DNA of 64,000 bases, from NCBI RefSeq assembly GCF_001194135.2, contig NC_068990.1, positions 40,609,399 through 40,673,398 on the forward strand, read 5' to 3'. The DNA comes from Octopus bimaculoides. Its lineage: Eukaryota. Positions 35,901 through 50,223 of the stretch are shown here, in pieces. The position numbers were made by a program, and so were the translations under genes. Numbering within the stretch: the first letter of the stretch is position 1; each line of letters opens with the position of its first letter. The notes below the pieces were generated by a model. The model was not told the origin of the DNA, did no database searches, and saw nothing but the letters and a program-made list of their open reading frames with translations.

Positions 35901-37242
35901 AAGTCAAATTGAGAAGCTATCTGATGGCTTTTCAATTTTACCTAACAGCTTGTCAGATTCCTGCCTCACTAACTCTGATTCCAAATTATTGACCCAGCAT
36001 CAACAAAATCCTGATGAGGTCAAAATCAAAACAGAACAGCTTGATGATACCCCTGTTAACAATAGGTATTACAACCATTTCACTGAAGTTTGCAAACTGT
36101 GTGACCGACGATTTAAAAATGAAAAGTGGCTGCATGCTCATGTTTTAAAGGATCATGGGGTATCTTTACCTTCAGACAATAAATATGTACCTTTAGAAGC
36201 TCAGATGTGCCAGTTCTGTTTCAAAGTATTTCCAAATAGCATTAGCCTTCAGATGCATGTCTTGAATGATCATAAAGCTGAGGTAAGTGCAAAACCTGAT
36301 TTTTCACCACCGCATCACTTTGGTGGTCCTTTGCACAACAGTCTCAGCTGGGGAAATAGCTTACGAAGAAAGTACTCCCGTGGTGGCAAACCAAAGCTAT
36401 ACAGTTGTGTTCACTGTGATTACAAAACAAGGTGGCTTTCAAATATATATTCTCATGAAGAACGCAAACATAGCATTATTAAGGGCACTGTTGGGAGGTT
36501 CACCTGCAAAACCTGCCTTAAATCATTCCTTTATGAACATTCTCTCATCCGCCATATCACAGAATATCATGCAAATGATATAAAAGAATCCCGACCCCGA
36601 CCAAGAGGCATCCGTATCAAAAAGTTTAAGTGTGCCAAATGTGGCATTAAATATTTGAGTAAGAAAGCATGTCAGATGCATATAAGGGAAGTGCATGTTA
36701 AAAAATCCAAGTTGACATCAGATGTTGAGCCATCAGAAGATAATGGATTCTATTCTTGCAGACAGTGTGATTTTACATGCAGTTTTGCAAAATTGTTGCA
36801 AAAGCATATGGCTTTTAACCATGGGCCAAAAATGTCACCTTCTTCAATGCCTTCTGAAGATATTGAAGATTTAAAAGAACCCAATTCATCTTCTCCTCGA
36901 ACTCATAACAACATCAGTAATTATCCTGACGAAGAGCAACTACCTTCAACTAAAGCAACACCTGCAACAGATAATGATGACAACAACAACAACAACAACA
37001 ACAGCAATATTAACAATAGCAGCATCAACAACTGTGACATGGATTCTACTGATGAAAATGATGGTTATGGTTGTAGAAGTACTGACAATAAGTCACAAAC
37101 TCCTTTTATTATGCAAGCATTTCATTTAGAAAATAATTTAGTGGATACAAACTTTATTCCTTCTGTTGTACACATGCCGGTTCGCCAGCGTGTAACAGAA
37201 CCTGTTACACTCACTCTCACCTTGGTACCAGCTGAGCCTTAG
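32236..37242 (+). CDS. Multi-C2H2 zinc-finger protein (1668 aa, 13 fingers, P/Q-rich), probable transcriptional (co)regulator; single coding exon
   Basis: Uninterrupted 5007-nt ORF, more GC-rich than its flanks, with an in-frame TGA at 32224 fixing the ATG at 32236. Thirteen Cx2Cx12Hx4H fingers, each 66 nt, begin at 33295, 33550, 34390, 34909, 35170, 35491, 35737, 36091, 36208, 36406, 36505, 36631 and 36757. N-terminus is MKSNRRKQTKP. No orthologue name is recognised with confidence. Confidence 0.95.
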
Positions 37243-37504
37243 TATGAGCTCACAATCATTAAAATTCTTAAACATACATCTCATCCACACTCTCCCACAT
37301 GTATACAAGCATACATACATGTTAGTTTATCTACTGATATTTTACTAGGGAAATTCAGTCATAACAGGAAGAATCTTAACTCCTAAAGAGTGTTAAACTG
37401 AGGCAAGAGAAAATATACTGCAAACTACCAGAATGGTGTAGATCTATCTAGCATGAGACTTTGGCTGGTTGATTGGCTAGTTGCTCTTTGAAAACAGTGT
37501 ATTA

Positions 37505-37510
37505 AATAAA
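37505..37510 (+). promoter_or_regulatory. Candidate polyadenylation signal
   Basis: AATAAA about 260 nt after the stop, followed by T/GT-rich sequence. AATAAA is common in AT-rich DNA, so support is weak. Confidence 0.3.
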
Positions 37511-38764
37511 AGTTTTATGTGCAATTTCTCACCCACCTCAACATTTGCATTTGGCTTGATCTATATACAGAATTTGTTTTTTTATAAAATATAACAAAAA
37601 AAAATAAAATAAAAAAGATTTTGGAGAAATAAGAGCAGAGTGAAAGGTCAAGAAAATAAACCTTTCATACATGCATATATATATATGTATATATATCTAT
37701 ATATCTAAATATATATACATACATGCATACACACACACACGCGCGTGTGTGTGTGTGTGTGTGCTCTGTATGTACAGCACATACAAAACTTGGTTGTTCC
37801 TTAGAAGGCAGCAAGACAACCTCTTGTATATTCTTAGATCATGAATCTCAGTATTCTGTAATTCCATTATTAAAAAAAAAAAAAAAGAATATAATTAGTT
37901 ACCTTTCCTCTCTCTTGCTCTGCCTTTCCAAAACAACAACACTAACAATAAAACCAACAGCAACAGTATGCTTAAAGCAAGCAGACAAAATACAAAGTTT
38001 CAGAAAACATTTCTAACAAAGCCTCAACTACAACACCTAACAAAAAGTGAAATAAAAAAAATTATCATCCACAACTGTAGAGCAAAGGCAGATGCCACAA
38101 ATGATGGAATTTCTTCCTGTTTTATCATGAGATGGGAGTTTTTAAAAACAAATAATTAATAATGGCCAGCTTTGTTTGGCATCTGCACTATTTTTATATA
38201 TGTGTCTATACCTCAGTCTTTGAGGAAATGTGCACTGCGATTTGCCACAGAATGGTCTTGAAAGAGGAGTCTTCTATCTAAGGTAAAAATAAAGGAAAAG
38301 AATGAAAATTGAAACAAACTATAAAAACAGTTAAAAAAAAAAAATTAAAATAAAAACTTCTTAAACCCAGACAGGAAACATCATTAGAAAAAGTTGAGAG
38401 AAAAATACACTATAAGTATATGATATTTTTGTGAGCTTATCTTGGAATTGGTTTTACTTTGATGTGTGATTCTCTTTATATGGCAGTATTGTGATCTTTA
38501 AATTAAGTGTGTTTGATATGAGTGAGAGTTTTGCCATCACAGATAAAACAAACAAAAAATATACCAAAATAATCAACAACACCCCCTCCCCCTCCGAAAA
38601 AAGGAAAAATATGCCAGGATTGTTGGATAAGTTTTAATTTTTGTTGTGAAAAATACCCAAAACTAAAAAAAAAAAACAATTATTGGATTTTTCCAGTTTT
38701 TCCTTTGTTTATTTTATTTTAAATTTTTTTAATGTTTTTCTTTTTTTTTAGATTGGTGTCTTAA

Positions 38765-38822
<58 letters not shown>

Positions 38823-39187
38823 ACATATATATATTTTCCCTGTCATATTTTAGATTTTCCTCCTGCTATATGCTATCTGCAGCCAATCCTGCCATGGACT
38901 TGTCTTTATTTTTATTCATTTTTTTTTCGTCTCTTTTAATTGCATCTTAATTTATTTAATAACTCCTCCTCCTAATCAATGTCTCATCATTTTTCAAAGT
39001 TATCTTCAACTTCAGTACTTTGTTTGTGTTCTCTTATTTTTTCATTGATTTTATTTTTCCTCATAACGTTTGTTCTAAAGGTTTGACTCTGGTTTAAAAA
39101 TACCAAAATAGTTTTACTAAAATTATTAATAGCTGCTGTTAACTCTCCCATATCTCCTTTTCAACTGATTCTGCATACCTATGGAAG

Positions 39188-39225
<38 letters not shown>

Positions 39226-40248
39226 NNNNNNNNNNNNNNNNNNNNNNNNNNNNNNNNNNNNNNNNNNNNNNNNNNNNNNNNNNNNNNNNNNNNNNNNNNN
39301 NNNNNNNNNNNNNNNNNNNNNNNNNNNNNNNNNNNNNNNNNNNNNNNNNNNNNNNNNNNNNNNNNNNNNNNNNNNNNNNNNNNNNNNNNNNNNNNNNNNN
39401 NNNNNNNNNNNNNNNNNNNNNNNNNNNNNNNNNNNNNNNNNNNNNNNNNNNNNNNNNNNNNNNNNNNNNNNNNNNNNNNNNNNNNNNNNNNNNNNNNNNN
39501 NNNNNNNNNNNNNNNNNNNNNNNNNNNNNNNNNNNNNNNNNNNNNNNNNNNNNNNNNNNNNNNNNNNNNNNNNNNNNNNNNNNNNNNNNNNNNNNNNNNN
39601 NNNNNNNNNNNNNNNNNNNNNNNNNNNNNNNNNNNNNNNNNNNNNNNNNNNNNNNNNNNNNNNNNNNNNNNNNNNNNNNNNNNNNNNNNNNNNNNNNNNN
39701 NNNNNNNNNNNNNNNNNNNNNNNNNNNNNNNNNNNNNNNNNNNNNNNNNNNNNNNNNNNNNNNNNNNNNNNNNNNNNNNNNNNNNNNNNNNNNNNNNNNN
39801 NNNNNNNNNNNNNNNNNNNNNNNNNNNNNNNNNNNNNNNNNNNNNNNNNNNNNNNNNNNNNNNNNNNNNNNNNNNNNNNNNNNNNNNNNNNNNNNNNNNN
39901 NNNNNNNNNNNNNNNNNNNNNNNNNNNNNNNNNNNNNNNNNNNNNNNNNNNNNNNNNNNNNNNNNNNNNNNNNNNNNNNNNNNNNNNNNNNNNTATTTTT
40001 TTCAAACTGTATATTTGTCTATTTCACTAAATTGTACCAAGCCCATAAGCAGTATACTGTGATGACATAAGGAGAAACCTCGCTAACCAACTTACACTTA
40101 TCAATGAAAGCTGTAGTTATTTCTTGGAACTACAGGCAATTTACCCCTGATTCTCCTTAGATTTCTCTTTTGCTTCAATAACCTAGATGTTCAGAATAGG
40201 GCTTGAATACAGCACCTCTGAAACTTGCTGAATTGAGTCAGTCATCAA

Positions 40249-40281
<33 letters not shown>

Positions 40282-41764
40282 AAAAGGGGTTCACTGATGT
40301 TATGTGAAATGGTTGATCTCCCCACCTTTTTAACTTGAAGTGACTCATGTTCTAATGAGTTGATTCTTGTGGAAAGGAATAATTGTTTTATATTTTTGTG
40401 TTTATTATAGTTTTTTTTATAAATATAAAAAAAAAAGATTTGGTTAAAAATTATTCTTTTTGGCACTTTATATATATATATATGTGTATATATATGTCTG
40501 TGTGTATATATATATATATATATACATATATGTATGTATATATCCCTTGTCCTCTGTTGAAACTTCAAGAGTTGAAGTGAGTTGTTATTTATTTGTGTCA
40601 TGAAGATTATGGGCTTGTGTGGCAATAGGTGTTACTGGGTGTTTCATATTATTATTATTATCATCAAAATCATTGTCATCCTCATCACTTTGATTATCAT
40701 CATCACTATCATTATTATTATCATTTCATAGTGAAAAAATAAACAAAAAAGATATCTCATTGGAAAAAAACTCAACTCATCAGAAGAAAATAGAAACAAA
40801 TTACAAATATATATATATATANNNNNNNNNNNNNNNNNNNNNNNNNNNNNNNNNNNNNNNNNNNNNNNNNNNNNNNNNNNNNNNNNNNNNNNNNNNNNNN
40901 NNNNNNNNNNNNNNNNNNNNNNNNNNNNNNNNNNNNNNNNNNNNNNNNNNNNNNNNNNNNNNNNNNNNNNNNNNNNNNNNNNNNNNNNNNNNNNNNNNNN
41001 NNNNNNNNNNNNNNNNNNNNNNNNNNNNNNNNNNNNNNNNNNNNNNNNNNNNNNNNNNNNNNNNNNNNNNNNNNNNNNNNNNNNNNNNNNNNNNNNNNNN
41101 NNNNNNNNNNNNNNNNNNNNNNNNNNNNNNNNNNNNNNNNNNNNNNNNNNNNNNNNNNNNNNNNNNNNNNNNNNNNNNNNNNNNNNNNNNNNNNNNNNNN
41201 NNNNNNNNNNNNNNNNNNNNNNNNNNNNNNNNNNNNNNNNNNNNNNNNNNNNNNNNNNNNNNNNNNNNNNNNNNNNNNNNNNNNNNNNNNNNNNNNNNNN
41301 NNNNNNNNNNNNNNNNNNNNNNNNNNNNNNNNNNNNNNNNNNNNNNNNNNNNNNNNNNNNNNNNNNNNNNNNNNNNNNNNNNNNNNNNNNNNNNNNNNNN
41401 NNNNNNNNNNNNNNNNNNNNNNNNNNNNNNNNNNNNNNNNNNNNNNNNNNNNNNNNNNNNNNNNNNNNNNNNNNNNNNNNNNNNNNNNNNNNNNNNNNNN
41501 NNNNNNNNNNNNNNNNNNNNNNNNNNNNNNNNNNNNNNNNNNNNNNNNNNNNNNNNNNNNNNNNNNNNNNNNNNNNNNNNNNNNNNNNNNNNNNNNNNNN
41601 NNNNNNNNNNNNNNNNNNNNNNNNNNNNNNNNNNNNNNNNNNNNNNNNNNNNNNNNNNNNNNNNNNNNNNNNNNNNNNNNNNNNNNNNNNNNNNNNNNNN
41701 NNNNNNNNNNNNNNNNNNNNNNNNNNNNNNNNNNNNNNNNNNNNNNNNNNNNNNNNNNNNNNNN
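39226..41764. other. Two assembly gaps (39226-39993, 40822-41764)
   Basis: N runs entered through (TA)n. Other gaps are at 335-344, 8746-8813, 24655-24666 (inside poly-C), 53943-54540 and 59252-60147. Confidence 0.99.
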
Positions 41765-44700
41765 ATATATAAATATCACTCTCAAATTAAGGCCAACTGT
41801 AATTGAAAGGTGTCTCATCCTGCCTTGCTAGAATATAAAACCAGTAAGTTTTATTGCATGGTCTTAATTTTATCCTTTAATTATTTTTCCTTTCAATTTC
41901 TTTCTTTCACTCTCTCACAATTACGCTACACAGATACCTCTTTCGCATGTTTTTTTAATTCACCTATTTAATTATGTCCTTTCTGTGTCCTGTAACATTA
42001 ATAATTATGGCTTGAACTCATCCGTTCCAATGGCAAGTCATCTGACTTTGCAGCCAAAATATGTCTAGGTCTAGTTCTCAACCATCCACCCTACACACTA
42101 CATCTTACACAGTTTTTACCCATACCCACTCCTTGGCTTCCAGATCTGCATTTCAGTTTTGTAGCTTTTGCTACACATTCGATTCATTAGCATCATTATT
42201 GTAGAAGTACTGATTTTGTTGATATGATATTCACAGGCTATTAGCTCCCAGTGTTTTAGTAGTATGTATATTTTTTATGTGTACATAGAACACATACATG
42301 TAGATAATTAGACAGAGTGCATGAGTTCACATTAAGTATGACCATGCTGTTTGTGTACATTCAAAATAATCTGTACGGCATGACCTGCATGTGTGTTTAT
42401 TTTGAAAAACTACACAAAGACAAAATAATTAACAAATGGAATTTTTTAGTCATCTTCATTGAAGGATATTTATTATGACAATACTTTCTCATTAAAACAT
42501 CTTACAATAAGCATACTGGGCTATTGTTACAGATATTATGAAAGCAAGTCTCTAAATTATTGGTATGAGTATATTTCTTTTTGTTTTATTTCCTAGTCAG
42601 ACCAAAGTTCAATATTTGCTTATTCCTATATCTGTTTAATATGGTTCCTGTTTCTTTAATTTTGGTAGTGGCCAGTTAAGGAAAGTAAGGTTTGTTCCTC
42701 AATGTTTACAACTATTTTCCTTTCTCTCGATGTGGCATTTGGGCATTGAGCCATAATATCTAGTTTTGATATTTAAAAGACAGAAGTAGAACTTTGTTTG
42801 ATAAAGGAGTGAAACAGAGTTTAAGTTTAACCATAAATTTTATATATTTTTCAAGAATTTTGTTATGGCAGTTGAATCAAATGATGTTTAATAATAATAC
42901 TTTTAATTTTTTTTTTTTTCATTGTTATCAGCATAATTATTATCATTATTATTGAGAAGAGTAGCCAATTGGAAAAGTGGTGGAACATTGGTAGAATATC
43001 TGGTTGTGAGCTCTACTCACACATGTTTTTGATTTATGTGAGAAAAGGCATGAACAACACAACCACCCCCTTTATTAAGTAACAATCTATTGATATTTCA
43101 GAAATTATTGACTGCTGTTCTATGGTGATATATACTGAAGCTGCAGATTAATTATTGCTATGTTGGAATTGAGTTAACTATTTTACTTACTGCAAGTAGA
43201 TGGAGTACTAGACTGAAATCCTGTCACCAGAGCTGTGTTAATATACTCAGTTCACTTAACCAAACTAAGTATCTCAGAGTAACAGCAGTTTAATCACTAA
43301 TATTCATTCAGCTTGCTCTGCTGAATTCAAATCCTTCCATGAGTTTAGCTGAAAGAAGGATCAGCTCTACCCAGCTGATTTACCTAAAATATACATGAAG
43401 GCAGTGTCTTTAGTGGTTCAAGTAGCTTTGTATGTGATTACATATTTAGAATTTAGAATAAAGATTCATATCCAAACCATTGTGGCCATGACATATTAAG
43501 ATAGATTGTTCAAATGACAAAAAGCATTTAGCATTATTTCTGGTACACCTTGTCTAAGTTGAATAATGTCCCTTGTTAATGATTTACTGATCTAAAGAAG
43601 CAGCTTCACCAAACATAACTTGCTTCATACAATTCTGTTTCAGTATATAAAGATAGTTCCAATATATGAAGGTAGTTCCAAGACATGTACAAAACTTTCA
43701 TTTTCTTTTTCTTCTTTTTTTCATTTGGCTTCTAAATTTCAGTTAAATTCTTCAGTAAACAGCCATATATTTTCCATGAGGTTTCTCTCTCTCTCTCTCT
43801 CTCTCATATTTATATATCCATATATATATATATATGGACACACGGACACACACACACAAATTGAAGAAGCATAATAATTTACTCGTGCACGTATTTAATG
43901 GGAATTACATCGCAATTAATACTATTGTTCTGCTGGCAACAGCATCAAACTACTTCAATAGTAAATAATAACGTTATTAATAATTAAAAGAAAGATACAA
44001 GAAAATCTCCTAATGCTTTGTCACTATGAACTCAGGCATATTTAAAAGATGTATTTATTTCAATTGATACCCCAATAACTTTCTACCTCATTAACTACCC
44101 TGTTTCTAAGACAATTCTTATGATTTTTCTTGAGATCCCATTTGCTGAAAAGTATTTACTGAAACTAGTCATTGTGTTAGATATATTAGTTGAGAGATGT
44201 ACCGTCAGATGGTTTCAAAACATTGTGCATGCCCCACATACACCTCAAACAACCCACCCACCCTACTTCTTCAAGTCCTGTAAATTCATTTGTTTGAGCT
44301 AATTTGTCCTGTCTTGCATATCATTACATCAAGTATCTCTTTCAGCTTGTCTAGGTATTTCTGTTGCATGTTTTTACTGATTTCATGTCTTTTTTAGTTT
44401 TCTGTGTATATGTCTCTGTGTGATGTGTGTGCATTCACTGCTGTTATACTTATAACTTCCAAAGATGGTCTTTTAATCAAACAATTCCTACTGTAAACTT
44501 TTTTGCCACTAATATGACTTTCTCTCAAACCATCCAGTTATTTTCCCATGAAATCTTGTCCATTGTTATCATCATCATAAGGACAATTAAGTTGTTGTAG
44601 AGCACTCAACTAAATTGCTTATGGCATTTAGTTTGCATTCACATTTCAGAGTGATTGACTTTGCATTTTATTCTTGTTCAAGTTGCAGCCAATAAAATAT

Positions 44701-44912
44701 CTATACTATTTCATGTGTATTCTCAATCTCCTATAAACATTTACTTTTGTTCTAGCAAAGAAAATAAAATAACAGTCCTTAAAGTTTTCAAAATATACCC
44801 TTAGGGAAAGCATGAATGTCATGACACTTCTCTTCACAAATTCCCCATATCTATTATTTATGTATTTATTATTATTAAGTAGTAGTTGTAGTATTTGTTC
44901 TATCTCTTTATG

Positions 44913-45278
44913 TTTTGAGGTCAACTTTGCTTTTCATTTCTTTAGGGTTAATAAAATACAGTACTGAGGGCAATTTAATCAACTAACTCATTCCTTCAAA
45001 ATTGCTAACCTTGTGCCTAAATCAGGAACAGTTATTATTATTATTAAGGGCATCAAGCTGGCAGAAACATTAGAATGTTGGGCAAAATACTTTACAGTAG
45101 TTTGTTGTGACACTACATTCAAGTTCAAATCCTGCTATTGTCAACTTTGCCTTTCATCCCTCCAAGATTGAGAAAATAAAGTACCTGTCTAGTACTGGGG
45201 TGATGTAATCAACTAAACTCCTCTCTTCAAAAATTGTTGACCTTGTTCTTCAATTAAAAACAATTATTATTATTATTA
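44913..45278 (+). mobile_element. SINE family 1, two tandem copies (44913-45045 5'-truncated, 45046-45278)
   Basis: The second copy begins aagggcatcaagctggcagaa directly after the (ATT)n tail of the first. Confidence 0.8.
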
Positions 45279-47306
45279 ATTACATTTTATGGAAATTATT
45301 AGATGATTCTTATTTTTATTTTATCATTTTCTTTTCAAACTTCATATAAAAAGAAATTTCATTTTCACATGTTTATTCTGAAGTTTGTTTGCATTCCTTA
45401 GTTCTTGAACACTGGAGTTGCTCCAGTAAAGCTTACCAATAGCAAACTTTATGCAAACATCTTCATATTAAACTCGAGCATTTTAAATAGATATAATTTT
45501 GTTGTGGAAATTTTATACAAGACTATGTAAATTTATCTCGAATATTTTAAGCTTCTTGGAAATATTTTTAATGTTTCCTGAACATTTATTTTTTAATGGA
45601 ATCTGTTAAGGCTTTTTTTTTATTATAATTTTCTTTTTTATAGAATTCAGCACATTTTAACACCAGCTGATTACAACTGCTGTGTGTGCAGCAATTTCTA
45701 GGAAGCTTTCACTCTATACACACACTACTAAATTTCAGATACAAAGTGAATAATGTACATGTACTTATTATTTGACTGTCACTTTTGTTATATACATTCT
45801 GCACTTACCTGCTTGGACCTCACAAAAATTTCCTAAAAATAATGCATATTTTTATATGTATAAATGTGTGTATACATGAAGTCATAAAATACACACTTAT
45901 ACTTTCATTTCAGAAAATGGAAACTAAGTATTGTAATGATTGGTGGAATATTTTTGAAACCAAAATGAATGGTAAACATGAAGCATTGTCATAGGAATTT
46001 TAAAAAGGTCAATCTTAGAATAGATAACATCAGTACTTTTAAGTTGTCATGCATAATATCCATTTAAATTTTTCAATTTTTATTAATCTGGTATTTAGTA
46101 TTTAAATTTTTATTACCTGTCTTGGATCTGCTCAGGCATTTTTCTTTGACTTCTCTTTTCTCTCCTATAGAGAAAGAAAAAAAGTGTTTTTCATTTCTTC
46201 TTCTTCTTTCTCTCTCTTTCCCTCTCCCTCTCTCACATCACTACTATAACATCCTCAAGTTTCCTCAGTGGCTTGCAATCCTCTTCACTTGCTCTGGTTG
46301 TCAACTTTGAATACAAAATATGACAGCTGTTTAAGTTGTGTGTGTGTGTGTGCATACATATGTGTATGCGTGTGTGTAAATGTATGTGTATATATATATA
46401 TATATACACATAACACACTTGAAAATATTGATCATGATGATAATACAAGCAAACACAGCAAAAAGAAAATACAAAAGAAGGAATTCTTGTGAGCTTTTTT
46501 AATCTCTATTTGGGCTGCCTATTTGAAAAGTAGTTCACATAGAGATAGGAAAAAAAAAATCATAAAGACAAAATTCTTCAGCAAGCAGTGGCTTATTTTT
46601 GATACTTCATGCAACACATACAGTCCTTGATAGCCAAGTGAGGGTTTTGATTCTTTTTGATTTTCAGTTACTTATAATCTTTTGTTGTATAAATTATATT
46701 TCTGTGTGTGTGTGTACATGCATCCATTGTATGTCTGTGTTTTTGTCCATGTTAGAACAGAGAGAATTCCAAGTTTGCCTCACTCATGTTGTCATCTCCC
46801 CCCCCCCCTTCCCTATCCGTTGTTCGTGTCCCATAGCAGCCTATTACATACTAGATTCCTAGGCTTGTGTATATTTCTGAGAACAATGGTGGATAGTCTA
46901 AAAGTTAATACAGTACACTGGGGAACATTGTGGCAGTACGGAAGAATCAAGCAGTTATGTTATTTACTTGTTTACTTGTTTGACTTTTTTTTTGTTTCAT
47001 TTTGTTTCCACCCCTCCTTGTTTTTGCTTCAATTTTGGAATTGTTCAAACACATTCTTGAAATTAAGTCATCACTTTGTTTGGCTTCAGTGCTCTGGAAA
47101 TACGGGATAAAAGAAGAACTTTAAGTGGAGTGTTGCCTTTTCCATATATTTCATGACAGAATTGTCGAATTTTATGTTGTGAGCAAATGCTATTCAGATA
47201 ATTAATGGTTTCATTCTCTTAGTTTTCTTTCCATTTCCCAAGATGTTGCTTCATCTGAGTGTTTCGTATGATTTGTAATAGCTTTTTAAAATTTAGCTAT
47301 TATCAC

Positions 47307-47311
<5 letters not shown>

Positions 47312-47366
<55 letters not shown>
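47312..47366. repeat. (CT)n microsatellite
   Basis: Read directly from the sequence. Confidence 0.95.
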
Positions 47367-47369
<3 letters not shown>

Positions 47370-47612
47370 TCTGTGTTTTCATTTTGGTTTGTCAGATGCT
47401 TCACAATGGGTATTTTTTATTTAATTTCACATCAACCTCTCACCTTGAGGATTTTTGGTACTTTGAGCTGACAAAATTGTATCATAAGCATGTTTGACAT
47501 TCCCTGCTAATATTTGAAGTTTTATTTCTACAAGTTGTTGAAAAATGTTAATATTTGAAATTAAAAAAAAAAATATAGAATGTGTGTGTGTGTACATGTG
47601 CATGTACGTATA

Positions 47613-47643
<31 letters not shown>

Positions 47644-49145
47644 TACACAAAGGTAAAAAATAAAAGACAAACCATGCTTATACTTATGATACACTGGCCA
47701 GGTTTGTTATCCTTTGACTTTTTCTAGTATTCTTGGAGAAAGTCTGGATCATTTTCTGTTTTATAAGGATTCCCATACTTGTCTCTTTTTTCCCAACCCC
47801 TTCTTTCCTCCAAAGTACTTCAACTCTCCAAACATTCCTATTTTCCAATGTTTGTAAGTCTAAGTTATTGCTGGCCTTTATATTAAATTTGCCTTTTTTT
47901 ACTCATTTTATTTATGTCCATTTCATTCTCTTGCATCTGTCATTATTAATATCACTAATATGATTATCATCTAAGTGATACTATTTACTTCTGTTTCATT
48001 GAAACACTACATATGTGTATTTCTAAGGATAATTTAGATTTCTTCATCTTAGCTTGCGTCAACCAAATTGAACATAAGTATAATGTAGATGTTAAACTGG
48101 AAGCTCTCTTGTATCGTTATACAATTTGAGCTTGGGAGCAAGGGATTTCTTACTTTAAATCATCAATTTCTATTATGTTACAAGAATTTATTTTCAAAAA
48201 ATACTAAATGGTTTTCAAATGAGGTCTCTTAATTCTATACATTTAGAATCATGATACCATTTTAGAAATATTTTTAGTGATTAAATATTCTTCCACAGTT
48301 CTCTGCTTTGTTTTCTGTTATAAACTCCTAGTATAAATAACATTCCATCTCTTAAATAAATGTTACAAAATGTACATATCTATACATTGTTACACGCATA
48401 CACACACAAAAATGCTAGATTTACTTATATTAAATTGAAGCCATATCACTCTTTTTAATGGTTTTATAAAAATATATTGGCATTGTTCTGTTTATAGTTG
48501 ATGGGAAACGAATGCTAATCATACATACAAAGTACCTTTCTCAACTCCTACTTCTATATGCAGTTTAGTAATAAGCTTTCAGTATTTAAAAAACAAACAC
48601 TTCTGTATTTGTATGAGTGACCTGTGAGGTATACATATGTGTATTTGTGTGTATTTATACATCACGTATATATGTATATGTATATGCCTTTTTATAGGTT
48701 TATATAATATGTATATACAGATAGACTATCTGTATATAGTCTATATAGTATATATGTATATACAGATAGACATGACTATCTATGATATATGCATACATGG
48801 GGAGATATTTATGTATGCTTTGCATCCAGCCCATTCTAACATGGGTTAACTTACACAATACTGAAACATTGTTTTACTGATAGATGCCCTTGCTTTGACT
48901 AACCTAACCCATATTTCAAATACAGGAATTTTTATTTGACTTGTCTTTGTTAGGGAACCATCAGCAAATATCACTGTATGTAACTTAATGTCTTTTTACA
49001 TGAAGTGCAGAAAGTAAACAGTCAAAATAGGCATACATATATACACTGTACTGGCATGTGTTAGACAAATGCATATTATTGAAACACATATATATTTCTA
49101 ATTTGGTTACAAGGGCAACAATTTCAGAGGAGAGTTTGAAGAACT

Positions 49146-49261
49146 GCCAGCTGTAGAAACCATGTGAGAGCAAACACTGGAATTCAGTACAGTTCTCCAG
49201 CTTGTTGGATCTTGTCAAACTATGTCCAACCCTTGCCAGCATGTAAGACAGACATTGAATA

Positions 49262-49293
<32 letters not shown>

Positions 49294-49300
49294 AATGATG
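49146..49300 (+). mobile_element. Short retroposon family 2, 3' fragment
   Basis: ccagctgtagaaaccatg...gtcaaactatgtccaacccttgccagcatg... followed by a (GAT)n tail. Confidence 0.6.
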
Positions 49301-50179
49301 TAGTTTACATTTATGTAAAGATATATATGTATATGTGTGTGCTTACATTTAGAACATAATAGAAGTCTAAAAAACTTAGAGAAGTAAATGTAAGTTTCCA
49401 TCAAAAAATTTCAAAAGCAAAGCAAAAAAAAAAGATCAAGAAATAAAAATAAAATGAATCTGTCAAATATTTACTGAAACATTGTTTATTGGAGACTTAC
49501 ATGTGCATGTTTCAATATATTTATAATGTCTTTAACAGTAATTACCTTAATTTGTGCAAGTAAAAAACATATATATAAATCTCTAGTGCTCCTAAGCCTA
49601 TGTCAATGAATTTAATTGTCAAGGAATTGTTGAAAAATATGAGAGTAAACTTTGTTTAGACTAGTGTTGTTATTGTTGTAGTTGGTTGGGTTTTTTTTTT
49701 TTGTTCATTTTTTCTCTTTGCAGTTTTAGTGTATCAGCTGGAAACAGTACTGTTAATTTCTAGTTTCCTAAATATTGTTCCTATAAATAGTTATCAAACA
49801 GATTCATTTTAGTTTTATTGTTTTGTTTTTTTTTTTTTGGTTATTTCTAACTTTTCAGTGGAAAGCATTTTCTTTATTTACTTTCTGTTATCTTTTTATT
49901 TCTTTGAAATCTTTCTCTAGTATTCAGTAATGAACTTTTTGCTACATTATTATCTGACAAGTGTTCCTGTGAGGATTCGAACTACTTGGTACTCATGATG
50001 AATTAGTTGATAGATTCAATAAGATGAAATGGTTTCAGGATTTTTTTTTTTTTCTACTCTGCTGCTATAATATATTCTCGAATTCTTATTATCCACTCTG
50101 TTCATCTTTCTATCTTTATTCTTTCAGATGCTGCTTTTTAATGTAATAGTTTCCGTTTTGGATTTCTATTTTATATCTA

Positions 50180-50223
<44 letters not shown>

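Noticed and set aside
33524-36583. Other ORFs inside the zinc-finger CDS, including the 250-aa minus-strand Val/Ala-rich ORF
   Set aside because: Antisense or alternative-frame by-products of poly-Q and ordinary coding bias, with no recognisable domains.
39139-41818. Long ORFs of 226-348 aa here and at 53860-54585 and 59160-60256
   Set aside because: They consist almost entirely of X residues from N-gaps flanked by (TA)n.
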